In this document: piece after piece, positions 35,721-48,661 of the stretch
How the letters are laid out: each line of letters starts with the position of its first letter
Position numbering within the stretch: position 1 is the first letter of the stretch
From: Eledone cirrhosa
Lineage: Eukaryota
Assembly: GCA_964016885.1 (NCBI GenBank)
Contig: OZ024740.1
Location: 365,366,001 to 365,430,000, forward strand
DNA length: 64,000 nucleotides
Direction: 5' to 3'
Translations under genes and position numbers: made by a program
The notes under the pieces: model-generated
Seen by the model: only the letters and a program-made list of their open reading frames with translations
What the model was told of the DNA's origin: nothing
Databases searched by the model: none

Positions 35721-37170
35721 AATTATTGTGTACAGTGCTCAGGTGCACTACAACTCATCAAAGGTGCATGTATAGTACATAGAATAATGTACAAATGTCA
35801 GGAAAATGAACAGTGTACGAGTCATGATATAATAACAATAACAATAATGTAATATTGTGTACAGTGCCCAGGTGCACCACAACTCATCAAAAAAGTGCAT
35901 GTACAGTACATGTGCCTTTAATATACACATATTTACATACACATACATATCTATAACTAATGTCAAATAAAAAAGGATCCAATCCAATTTGGGGATACGT
36001 AAATGGTGGTGTTACTACATAGCAAACATATTTAGTAATTTATTTATTGATTGTAGGAAATTATTATATATTTAATTTAAGTGATACAAATTTGTTCTTA
36101 AAAATGTGATCCTTTAGACCGGCCATATCCGGACAGAATTCTCTCATCTCTTTCTGTTCAAACCAGCCATAACCAGCTACTCATACTGATGTTAGGGTAT
36201 TGTTCTCAAAATAAATAACATCAAAATCTCATAGATTCGATATTATGTAAGATAATTATGTAAGATAAAGCCTTTACCACAAAAATATTATAGTAAATAT
36301 AGAGTAATGTTAAAGGGTTAAGGTTCAGTAATGCACCTCACTGAAGTCTTTGCCAAAATTCATTACCTAGTTGGCCTAATGGTAGTGCTGGTAATGTCTG
36401 TGTAAAAAGGTAAAGCATGTATCTATGCAAGCACATAACTGAAGTATCAATACTCACTAAATCTTCCAGGTTCATCAACCAAGTATCAAAAACAAAATAT
36501 CACAAAAACATCTTCTTAATATCAGAAATGACAAAGAAGAGACAGCGAAAATTATTTTAAAAGGAACAAAACAATAACAAACACTTGCTAGCAGGGAAAA
36601 TAGACATTAAATGATGATGATGATGATGATGATGGTGGTGGTGGGGGCAGCGGTTGTGGTGATGGTGGTGGTAGTGGTGATACAGCAATAAGACCCACAT
36701 ATCGAACATCATTATTGCTATACAAAGGGCAATGGATTGGCAGTATCGGTAGAGGTTGCAGCATGGAGTTATGGGCCTTTACGATCTGAGTTCAAATCCC
36801 GCCGAGGTTAACTTTGCCTTTCATCCTTACGGGGTTGATAAAATAAAGTACCAGTAATGCATTGGGGTAATTGCTGGCCTTGTGCCAAAAGTAGAAACAA
36901 TTATTGCTATACATTGAACCGTTGCTCTCAAATTAATCAACATAGACAGAATGTTTAGCAATATCTAATAGTCAGCCATTGATTATTTGTTTACATGTAT
37001 GAACAAGGGTGAGCTAATCCAAATAATATCAATGAACTTATACAGACACATACATACACACACAGACATACACATATATATGTATGTAAAAGATAAACAG
37101 AAATAACAAAAGAAACAGTACAATATATGGAAGGAATATATTAGTTTAATGCTTGAAATAGCAGGAAGAG

Positions 37171-37211
37171 TGTTTTAACGTTTCGGATGCTATTCCTTCA
37201 TCAGAAGAACA
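37171..37211 (-). ncRNA. Minimal hammerhead, same family as 9898-9933
   Basis: TGTTCTT-CTGATGA-A-GGA(ATAGCA)TCC-GAAACGTT-AAAACA. Confidence 0.62.
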
Positions 37212-37310
37212 GAAGAAAGAATGTGAAACTAGAAAGATTGAGGGTACGGGCCGAGCGGAATCGGAAAATGTTTTTAGAGTAAAATAACAGGTCCATTCAT
37301 GTTGCCATCT

Positions 37311-38177
<867 letters not shown>

Positions 38178-38191
38178 TATATCATCATTTT

Positions 38192-38528
38192 ATCATCATC
38201 ATCATTTTACGTCTGCTTTTTCCCTACTTGCAAGGGTGGGACGGGAACTGATTTTGGCTTGATTTCTACAGCTGGATGCCCTTCCTAACACCAACCTCAT
38301 TTACAGTGAGTGCTGGGTGCTTTTTTTGCCGTGGCACCTCAACGACAACTTTGCAGTGGAATGATGGGACCCCAGTCCCTATCATCTGATTTCTACAGCT
38401 GAATAAACTGGAGCAACGTGAAATAAAGTGTCTTGCTCAAGGAAACAACACATCACCCGGTCTGAGAATTGAACTCACAACCTTTCGATTGCAAGGCCAA
38501 TGCTCTAACCACTAAGCCATGTGCCTCC
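38192..38528 (-). mobile_element. Family-1 SINE, full length
   Basis: Reverse complement of 4417-4740; starts GGAGGCACATGGCTTAGTGG. Confidence 0.85.
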
Positions 38529-38533
38529 ATTAT

Positions 38534-39148
38534 ATCATCATCATTATCGTTAACGTCCATCTTCCACGCTAGCATGGGTTTGGACGGGAATTTTCCCACT
38601 TGAAGCAAGAGTGGTTGTCTTGCTCGTATAGGACTGTCTGGCGGGTTTTCTATGGCTGGATGCCCTTCCTAACATCAACCACGTTTACAGTGTGGACTGG
38701 GAGGTTTTTACCGTGTTACCTACACGGCCACATTACAGCGTGGACTGTGTGTTTTTTTGTCGTGACACCTACACGCCCTCATTTGTTTCAGACTGGATGC
38801 TGTGGTACCAACATAACTTTACATTGGAAGGGGTGGTGTGGATGGGGTGGGGGTAGTGGGGCCAGGGTGTATTTTTGTTAGAGGTGCTTACTGACTGTAG
38901 GTTTCGCTTTGTACTTAGGCAAGGCGGGTCTTCTGTATTACTGTGTATCGCCAAAGATCTCGGTCCAGTGACATTGTCTTGGAGAGGTGTAAGTGTGTGA
39001 GGTCAGAATTTATCAAGTCGTCCCAGGTTTTTCTGGGTCTGCCTACTCCGTGGCTACCGTCTATTTTTATCGCCCTGCACTTTTTTATACAGCTGTCGTC
39101 TTTCATGCGCATCACGTGACCGTACCAACGTAATCTTCTCTCGAGTAA
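38534..39148 (-). mobile_element. RTE 3' fragment
   Basis: [32 protein letters not shown]...TRLA*, followed by 3' UTR and tail. Confidence 0.9.
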
Positions 39149-39279
39149 ACAACATCTGATCCCTCTTATTCCTAATTTCGCCCTTAGTTCGTTTATGCTT
39201 TGCCGTTCATATATATATATACACACATACATACATACATACATATATACATACATATATATATAATATATATATGTAT

Positions 39280-39395
<116 letters not shown>

Positions 39396-39859
39396 CATAT
39401 ATATATATATAATATATATATATATATATGTATATACATACATATATATATATATATAATATATATATATGTATATACATACATATATGCATGCATTCCA
39501 GTTTTGAGTATGGCCATAAGGTATCACATATGATGCTATGACAGTACAAATATAGACAGCCGAAGTATGAAGAGTGAAGTAATTGCATATGTGGAGAGAG
39601 ATAAAACCAGGATTGGTGGTAGTGGTGGTGGTGGTTTTATGTGTGTGGAAGGCTAAATTTTGTGTGTGGTGAAACTGATAGATCCTATAGTATGCATATG
39701 CATGTGTGTAAGGAGAAATATGAGAATTATGTATGTGCAGAGGTATATATATAAAAGTGTTGTGTGAGTGAATGTGTATATTGATGTGGTGGATGAAGTC
39801 GTGTGTGTATATATGTGTGTCTGCAAGGATAAATGGAGGTTATAGAAACTGCAGTGGAC

Positions 39860-40108
39860 AGTTAAGACCATTCGGGAAGGGGGTTCCAATGCAGAAAATC
39901 AAGCTTAGCCTGTCCTGGGGTGTGTGGTTGGTGATCTGGAATATAAGATGAGGCAGGAAACAGAAAAATATTGAAGTAAGTGATTGGGGAAATGAAAGCT
40001 ATGGATGACGAGAGTGTCTTTGCCAAGTTGTATGTCCCTCAGATGCTCTGCAAATTGGTTGACCAGATGGTGGCCTGTTTGACTGATGTAGATGGGTCTG
40101 CATAGAGA

Positions 40109-40112
<4 letters not shown>
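39860..40112 (-). mobile_element. Penelope-type GIY-YIG endonuclease fragment
   Basis: CSLCRPIYISQTGHHLVNQFAEHLRDIQLGKDTLVIHSFHFPNH..., then frameshifted FCIGTP/PNGLN. Confidence 0.75.
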
Positions 40113-40139
<27 letters not shown>

Positions 40140-40869
40140 GATAGATAAAGGGTGCGTACTTTTACATTGAAACTGTAGAAATTTAATCGGTTTGCACTGA
40201 CTGTCTGATATGACCTACTTAAAGAAAATTTAGTTTTGTTTTGAGGAAATAAAATTCTAAAAGCCTTTTTTAATCTTTCAATAGACCAATAGTGGTGCCT
40301 TTGTACTTACTTTCTCACTTTCTCTGCATTCGCCTTGAAGAATGGTCACATTTCTATGAATGATCCAGAACGGTAAATCGTGAATTTGTTAATTAATTTT
40401 GCAAATCTTTGATTACATGGTTGATTTTATTTATACATGTAGGTTTGTGTAATTTTAATTATATTTTGCATTCATATGTATATATTATATTTATTTTATA
40501 TAAATAATGTTTCTATTTTTGGCACAAGGCCAGCAATTACCCCAGTGCATTATTGGTGCTTTATTTTATTGACCCGGTAAGGATGAAAGGATGAAAGTTA
40601 ACCTCGGCGGGATTTGAACTCAGAACGTAAAGGGCCATAACTCTGCTGCAAAGCATGGTGTCTGATGCTCTACCGATACTGCCAAACCACCTTTTGTTAT
40701 CGTATTTTCTGATATCATATTTATATTTTTCATCATGGATTTATACTTTGTTTATTTCTTAAATAGATTGCGTATTTTCTTTATAACTATTCTAGTTTTT
40801 TATGTAGTGTTGTAGGAACTAGACTTGTGTTCTTCATCTTGTATGCGTTTCACTTGTTTCTTTAATAGC

Positions 40870-41025
40870 TTGGGTATTTTCTTGCAGAACCTTCCTCAAC
40901 AGGTCCCTTGGAATGCAGTCATGTGCCTTTTCAAGGTCTACAACGCAAGATTACACCTCTTGGCAATACTCTCACAATTCCTCAAAGACCTGCCACAGTG
41001 TGAATATTTGGTTGGCTGTGCTGCA
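40870..41025 (-). mobile_element. Old RTE-like RT fragment (different family)
   Basis: STANQIFTLWQVFEEL*EYCQEV*SCVVDLEKAHDCIPRDLL. Confidence 0.65.
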
Positions 41026-41806
41026 AGAAATCATGGGAGAATAATTATAATCAAATAATTTAAGAAATAAGCAAAATGAATCCACGATGAAAAATATAAA
41101 TACTAGCCGTATCTATGCCCGCCACCTGCAACCCATTCTCTAGCAGAACAGCTCTGCCGAGAATATATAACAAATAAAATTAAAATTTAATTAAAACACA
41201 TCTTATGTTTGAAAAGCTTGCTCATATTAATATAGTGTTCAAATGAAAAATTCCTAAATGCCATTTCAAATGAGAAGAAATTGAAGAAACTTGTGGTTGC
41301 AAGAGAAGTAATGTGACCCGTGTCTCTGAGAACCACTGGACTGTACAATTACTGAGGTTTGAAAAACTTGCTCAGGTGAAACATTACTAGATGATAATTA
41401 AAAAATGGGAGAGAATTCAGGAACCCTGTGGCTGCAAGGGGAATAATGTGAATTACCGTAGGTCTCCGAGAACATGATTTTGATTACGGACAGAGTCATG
41501 TCCCTTATAATAAGTTACTTCAAAGGTTATAAAAAAATTCAGGTAAATCATCGATTTTCAGGCCTTTTTTTTTAATGAAGACACAAATGATGGTGTGTGT
41601 CATTTACAATCATCTACATGTCTAGGTAACTGTGGCTACAGCTACTCCTTTTCGTAATTTTCCCACATCTTTGAGAAAAAGTTTTACACAAATTTTCTGC
41701 AAGTTTTCTGTTACAATTAATAATAAATACGTCAATGTTATCATGAATGGTAGTTAAGAGTTTATAAAATTCAACGTTACTGATGTTTACTTTTCAATAG
41801 AGATTA

Positions 41807-41997
41807 CGAGAGTCAACTGAAAAGTTCATAGGCTGCCTATGAATGAGTGATGCTAGAGCTGTGGAATCTTGCATTAATTTCAATTCTTTTTATTAATAAC
41901 GGCATTGTTTCTCCCCAGGAAATATGTTAGAAATAAACCTCATGGTCATTCCACGAGAGTATCTTGGTCAGCCTATAAAAGTTTCAGTCGACCCTCA
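41807..41997. mobile_element. Mariner-type MITE
   Basis: TA-CGAGAGTCAACTGAAAAGTTCATAGGCTG ... CAGCCTATAAAAGTTTCAGTCGACCCTC; imperfect ~28-bp TIRs. Confidence 0.65.
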
Positions 41998-42289
41998 AAA
42001 AACTGAATGTAAAGAACAGCTGACCATCATACTGTGGATTGTTGTTACAGTAGCGATGTTTACACCAGAAATACTAAAATATCATATCAACTTACTATGT
42101 ATCATTCTCGCTATTTAGTGATATGTTGAGAGGTAAACAGATTTGTGGATATTTACTGACATTAAGTAACTCGACTGAATTCTACTAATGGCACAAAAAG
42201 TTACATACATCACTGCAGGCACAACTAAGGCATCAAATCGCCAGCCGCTATTTCGTATAAGGCTTTTAATTATATTTCGTACTTTAGAA

Positions 42290-42750
42290 AATATAAGGTT
42301 TTATTGTAAAAAATGCAAGTGTCTTTTGTGATTACGAAAACGGAAAAGGAAGGAAAAGGCAAGGGCTTAAGGATCACCGTAGAATGGAGAGGGGGATGGA
42401 TGATGGGCTCTAAGCCTAGGGCACGGCGGTATTGGGGATGCGCCCCGTTGACAAGACTGCAAAAGCATTCCCGTGGACAATGACCAGCGACACCCGCTGT
42501 AACAGCCACCCCACCTCGCAGGGCTCCCTCCTCAGACGGGCTGTTGACGTTCTGATCTTGAGAAGGAACTCGGCAGTATGGGGTCCAAGTATGCCTGAAG
42601 TCTTGACGGTGACCAGTGCGAAGAGGAAGCGGTCGGACAATCCCCGGTATTTGTTTATCTTCCTTTCCTTTGCATTGTGGACCACAATACCCGGGGTTTG
42701 TGGTCGAAGCAACTAGGTTGGAGGCTGAGAATGTACATTTACATAGAATC
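42290..42750 (-). mobile_element. CRE-like non-LTR retrotransposon 3' fragment (restriction-like endonuclease)
   Basis: AKERKINKYRGL...VTVKTSGILG...FL...LLQRVSLVIVHGNAFAVL matches the AE.RK..KY...ET.G..G...QRIS.A.QRGNA pattern. Confidence 0.7.
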
Positions 42751-43750
42751 TCATCATTGGGTCAGTAATGACATTTTTGCCAGAAAGGGCAGATAAGTAG
42801 ATAGATAATAATTAAATTATGTTAACATATATAATGGATGTATCATTAAAAAGTTTAGTAGAAATAATTATACATTTATAAAAAAAGACACCCTCACCGA
42901 TTTCAGTTGGAAATATATTTTTTCTTTGCTTTTTTTTTTTCGTGCTCTATCAATTAAACCCACCTCCTAATATGACACAAAGAACTCCCCACAGACGGAA
43001 AGGGTGAGAGGGGGTGACCTTCGGATTTTTACCACCCCTCCCAAGTTTTCTTTACCTTCTAATTCTCCTTTGTAGCTTGTTCGGAGATAAGATTAGTTGG
43101 CGGCACAAAAAAACAAAAAAAAACAACGAAAAAAGTAAAGAAAACTTCGGGTGAAGAGTCCAGAGTCCGAGGGTCGTTGTCCTCTAGAAAGACATCTCCA
43201 CCGATTTCAGTGGGAAATAATAATTTTTTTTTGGCAGTTTTTTTGTGTGCCATCAATTGAGGGTTATCCAAGGTGGGGTCATTGTTAGTTGAAAACTAAA
43301 AACTAAACGTACCTCCTAATATGGTACAAAGGACCCCCCCCCCCAGAAAAGGGTGGCGGAAGAAAGGGAACTCTCGGACCCCCTCCCCATAACTGGAGTT
43401 TTCTTTACCATTCCTCTCCCCCTCAGTTTTTACATGAGCTATCAACTGCTCTTACCTCTGAACATGTTGCAAAAGACTTTTTCCCTAGAAAACGGAGGGG
43501 AAAGGGAGGACCATGGGTGCCCTACTCCCCTAACCCTAACCCTAGGGGTTTTGCAGCATGTTTGGAGGTAAGATTAGTTGGAAGCACACAAAAAACCTGA
43601 GGTAAAAATGTTAAAAGAAAACATTGGGGTAAAAAGTCAGCAGTTGTAGTAGTAGCATATCTGGACTTTCACCTGCTGAGACCCTAAGCTATATGAAATT
43701 TGAAACCTTCTCTTAAAAAGTTTGGGTGACAAATTTTAAATAATCATACA

Positions 43751-43881
43751 CAGGGTCGTCTTAACATCATTATAGGCCCGGGCAAAGCAGAGCACTGGGG
43801 CCCCTACCTACATAACCACTCACAGGAATAAAAATACAAATGGGCCGCCTATCCTCGTGCCCATGCATTAAGACGGCCCTG
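43751..43881. mobile_element. 131-bp hAT MITE
   Basis: TIRs CAGGGTCGTCTTAA / TTAAGACGGCCCTG. Exact 8-bp TSD ATCATACA at 43743-43750 and 43882-43889. Confidence 0.88.
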
Positions 43882-44029
43882 ATCATACATGATTATTATT
43901 TATCAATGATTACAAAGTTAAATTAGAAAATGTTCCTTTTAACTAATTTATTGATTTATTCCATTTACTACATAAAAAATAATTACTGCCTTTAACAATT
44001 ATTTAAGCAAAACTAAATTAAAATCTTTT

Positions 44030-44780
44030 TTTTTTATTTAAAACATTCTTTTCCATGATTTTTCCCAAGCAAAATCCTCAATTATTTAACCAAAAGGAGT
44101 ACAGCATAACTTATCACTTCCTATAGAAGACTAAGTGTAGCCAGTTCACTCTTATGACATCTTTTTAACTGTGAAAAAGATCTTTCTCCTGAACAATGTG
44201 TAACCATCTAGCATAGGAATAATCAGAAAATATCTTCTGTTTGGAAAAGCTTCATGAATTTTGTCTTTGTAGATTATTTGATATAGAAACTTATCTTAAA
44301 GATAATTTTACTTCATATAAACATGAAAATATTTCAATTCAACTAAAAGGTTCATATCAACATCGTTAGGATATTCTTTAATAATTGCTGTTACTGCATC
44401 ACATAGTTGCTCCTCTGAAGAATGTAAATCTACTAGAAACAAAACATATTCTGCAACATAATTATATACTGTTGGTCTTTTATTCAAATTCGTGTAAATC
44501 ACATCCACAATAGGAATAAAAGATTTTTCTCTAAATTTATCTTTTGGAGACAGTTCTTCATCTGCATCAGGTTTAGCTCCATTGTTGGGCAGTTTTTCCT
44601 CCCTGCTCTTCCCTTTTCATGTCCACTTATATTCCCCATCAGGTAATTTATTTAATTCAATTTCATCAAAATGTTCATGTACATTCATCACAAACTCAGA
44701 GAGTGATGAGTACACATTTTTATATGTACAATTTGTGGATCTAGAAAAGTCTTACTAATTTTATGAAATCCACACTGTAC
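44030..44780 (-). pseudogene. Decayed hAT transposase C-terminus (dimerisation domain)
   Basis: KEYPNDVDMNLLVELKYF ... AFPN../LFLC*MVTHCSGERSFSQLKR. Confidence 0.7.
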
Positions 44781-45759
44781 CCTTGTGTACCGTTTTTAAT
44801 GTCTCCTTAATTTGAGCCCTGTGTGGCTAATAGAGAAAGCATTATTACTATAATAATTATTTTTTTATATTGTTATTCAGAGTGCCTACTCTCCTATATC
44901 AGTTGTCTTTACTATGGCTTATGGAGTCCACCTCTGCTCCATAGTTGTTTTTAATTGGAGTCATTGCCCTCCTAGATAGGTTGCCTTTATTACAGCTTAC
45001 GGGGTCCATGTCTGCTCTGTGCAGTCGTTTTTATTCAGTCACTACTCTAGATGAGTTGCCTCCACATAAATATGATGAGCTTCCTCGCAGTTTTCATCTA
45101 CCAAATTCAATCACAAGACATTGGTCAATCAGCCCAAAGTGTAGAATACACTGGACAGAGGTGGCAAATGGTCTCACAAAATTTCTAATTAAGTAATAAT
45201 ATTTATCTTATTAAATAATATTCATCTTAAATGTGTGATCTTAGGTTAAATTACAAAGCCACTGAATTAAACAAACAGAGTTATCTCCTCTTCTCCATCT
45301 TTCCACTATTTAAAGTTTAAATAGTGGAAAGATGGAGATTTAAATTTTAAACCATTTATATTTTTATATTACTGATGAACCTCTGAGAAAATGTTTTTTT
45401 TAAGGACTTTTAACCTGATGGAGAACATTTCCTTACCATCTTAGCATATCATGTCAATTGACCAGGCAGCTACTCTCAGGTTTCGAATATGTAAACTAAA
45501 TGACCAATTCTATTTTCTTTTAAGTCAATGGAAACAACCTCCCCAGCTTATTCCAACCCTCTCTATTATTTGGGATCCAAGAGTAGTCTTGTCTAAATAA
45601 ATATTGCACCTAATACACTCTGTAAAGTGGTAGTGTGGAGCCAAATGCATCCAATAAAATCTATAAGTGCATGTGTTGGTGTCACATGCACCCTAGATAC
45701 TCTGTGGTGGTTGGCGTTAGGAAAGGCATCCATCTGAATAAACTGTGCCAAATATAATA

Positions 45760-45947
45760 ATTGTTTCTACTTTTGGCACAAGGCCAGCAATTACCCAGAG
45801 CATTACTGGTACTTTATTTTATCGACCCTGTGAGGATGAAAGGCAAAGTTAACCTCGGCAGGATTTGAACTCAGAATGACAAGGGCCGTAACTCTATACG
45901 TCAAAGCCTGGCATCCGACCCTCTACCGATACTCCCAATCCACCGCC
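45760..45947 (-). mobile_element. Family-2 SINE, full length, with TSD
   Basis: Flanked by the duplicated 19-mer AAACTGTGCCAAATATAAT. Confidence 0.8.
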
Positions 45948-47019
45948 CAAACTGTGCCAAATATAATGATGAAAATTAGTTTTGTGCCCAGGTGCACTAC
46001 AATTAATCAAAGGTACATATATAATACATAGAATAATGTACAAATGCCAGGAAAGTGAACATTGTATGAGTCATAATATACACACAGACAGACACCCACT
46101 CACATATAGAACATATGAGCAATATGAGGTCTCTCTGATCCATCTCGACTTCGATGGTGATAAACCATCCAACCCATGCCAGCATGGAAAGCAAAAGTAA
46201 AATGATGGTGACGATGATGTGGTTTCTGTGATAAGAACAGACTAAAAATTGAGAAACGAAATTAGTTAAATATTTATTTTTTATTCATTTTCTAATTTAA
46301 TCACAATTCAATGAATTAGAATGCAAAACTAAGTCAAATATGAAATGAAATACTTAGAGAATTCACAATTAATTATTCTATATTTCTTAATTACACAATG
46401 GTAATCCCCTATATAAAAATCCTTGATATGCATCATACACCTGTATTAGGAAAGGAAAAGAAAGAATCCTTAACTCCTGATGGAGTAATAGGAGCACTGT
46501 CCTGACACATGGCATGCTATGGGCATTTAAAACCTGTCAGAGCCCATTCCTTTCCAAATTTGAACATGCCTGATTTCTTCTAGAAAAAGAGAGAGAGAGA
46601 GTTATAAAGAAAGATTGAGGAAGAATCAACCCCAGTACTGAACTGGTGCTTTATTTATCAACCTCCAAATGATGAAAGGTAGCATTGACCTCACTGGGAT
46701 TTGAACCAAAACAAATACTAAGGCATCTAATCCAATGTTCTAACGTCTCAGCTAATTTTTTGCCTTTATTAACTAAATTTAAACTAAGAAAGACCAGTAT
46801 TTCATTTCACCTACAAGCCAATGACAAAGTCTCAATATGGTCACATAATCAACTATAAATCTCTCTCAAATATTTTATTGGAATGACACATTGGATAATG
46901 TAGTTCTGGGTGTACAAAAAGATATTATGATGGCATGGTCATGGCTGGAATGCTTTGATCATAGCTTTGCTTGATCAGGACTGATCTTGGGCCAAGTAAC
47001 AACATTCACATTCACACTT

Positions 47020-47475
47020 ATTTCTCATCCTATACATTTGGAGTCTCAAGCCACAATACACACATACTTCCTATCCTACACATGTGGAAGATCAAGAAAC
47101 AATAAGACACATACTTCCTACCCTATACATCTGCAGGATCAAGCATCAATCACACACATACTTCCTACCCTACACATCTGGAAGATCAAGAAACAATAAG
47201 ACACATACTTCCTACCATACACATGTGGAAGATCAAGCCACAATACACACATACTTCCTACCCTACACATCTGGAAGATAAAGCCACAATACACACATAC
47301 TTCCTACCCTACACATCTAGAAGATCAAGCCACAATACACACATACTTTCTACCCTACACATCTGGAAGATCAAGCAACAATCACACACACTTCTCATCC
47401 TACACATCTGGATGATCAAGAAACAATATCCCCCCCTCCCCACATTCCATACACCTGGAGGATCAAGTCACAATA
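47020..47475 (+). repeat. Minisatellite, ~46-47-bp unit, about 10 copies
   Basis: CACATACTTCCTACCCTACACATCTGGAAGATCAAG(C/A)(C/A)ACAATA repeated. Confidence 0.9.
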
Positions 47476-48620
47476 ATAACACGCACACACTAGTTTTCCA
47501 TTCTACACATGCAAATACCAAGAGTCTAATTTTTCCCCATATTAAACACCTATAATTCCTTCTCCACCAACTCTCACATATACGACAGGCTAGTGTTACA
47601 TACCCCTCTCTTTCATAAACATACTACAATCTCTCTGTCTCACTCTCTCACTCCACCTGGCCTTATGATCAAAGACGGATCATTGTACTAAATACAGGAT
47701 TAAGCCATGTCCAGATTCAGCAGTTTATTGAATAATTGAATAATCAATCAATTAAAAAAAATTATTAAACATTAAATAACAACGATTTTTCTAACTTTGG
47801 CACATGGCCCCACCAAATTATTTTTAGGGAGGGATGTAGTTGACTTTATTGAGCCCCAGTGCTTGATTGTTCCTCTCTTTTTTTAAACAGCAGAAGGATG
47901 AAAAGCAAAGTCAGCCATGGTGAGATTTGAGCTCAGAATATAGAGGGTACAAAACTAAATAGTGTTTTAGGGTATTTAGTTGGGTGCTCTAATATTTCTG
48001 TCACAACACCACCTTTAAAAAAATATTAATAATAATAATAACGATTTCTTTCATAATAATAATAATGGTGAATTCCAATTTAGGTACAAGGCCAACATGA
48101 GAAGGGGAAAGTAGATTATATCAGCCCAGTGTTTGATTGGTACTTTATTTTATCAACCCCCAGGGAGGATGAAAGGCAAAGTTTACCTCAGCAAGATTTT
48201 GAATTCAGAATGAAATGAGCGAGAACAAATACTGCAAGGCATCGTGTTCCAACACTAACGATTCTGCTAATCCATCACCTTAATAACAATAGCAATAATA
48301 ATAATAATAATAATAATCGTTTCTAACATAGGCACAAGGCCAGAAATTTGTGGGGAAGAGATCACTTGATTATATCGACCCTTCCCCATATAATAATAAT
48401 AATAATAATAATTTTTAAAGGGAAAATTATTATTTGACCAAAATCTATCACAGTGATTAGAACCAGTAAGTTCTTTACAAAGTTCAAACGTTAATATGAA
48501 TTCTTCAAATTAAAAAACAAACAAACACAATCATTGAAGACTACAGATTTTAGTTTTGAAAAATCTAAATTTCTCAACAGTAGTTAAAATTGGATTGCTG
48601 GTAATTATCTTAATTTTAGT

Positions 48621-48661
<41 letters not shown>

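Noticed and set aside
45370-45395. CTGATGA...GAAA near-match (a weaker one at about 54594)
   Set aside because: No convincing helices I-III; probably chance.
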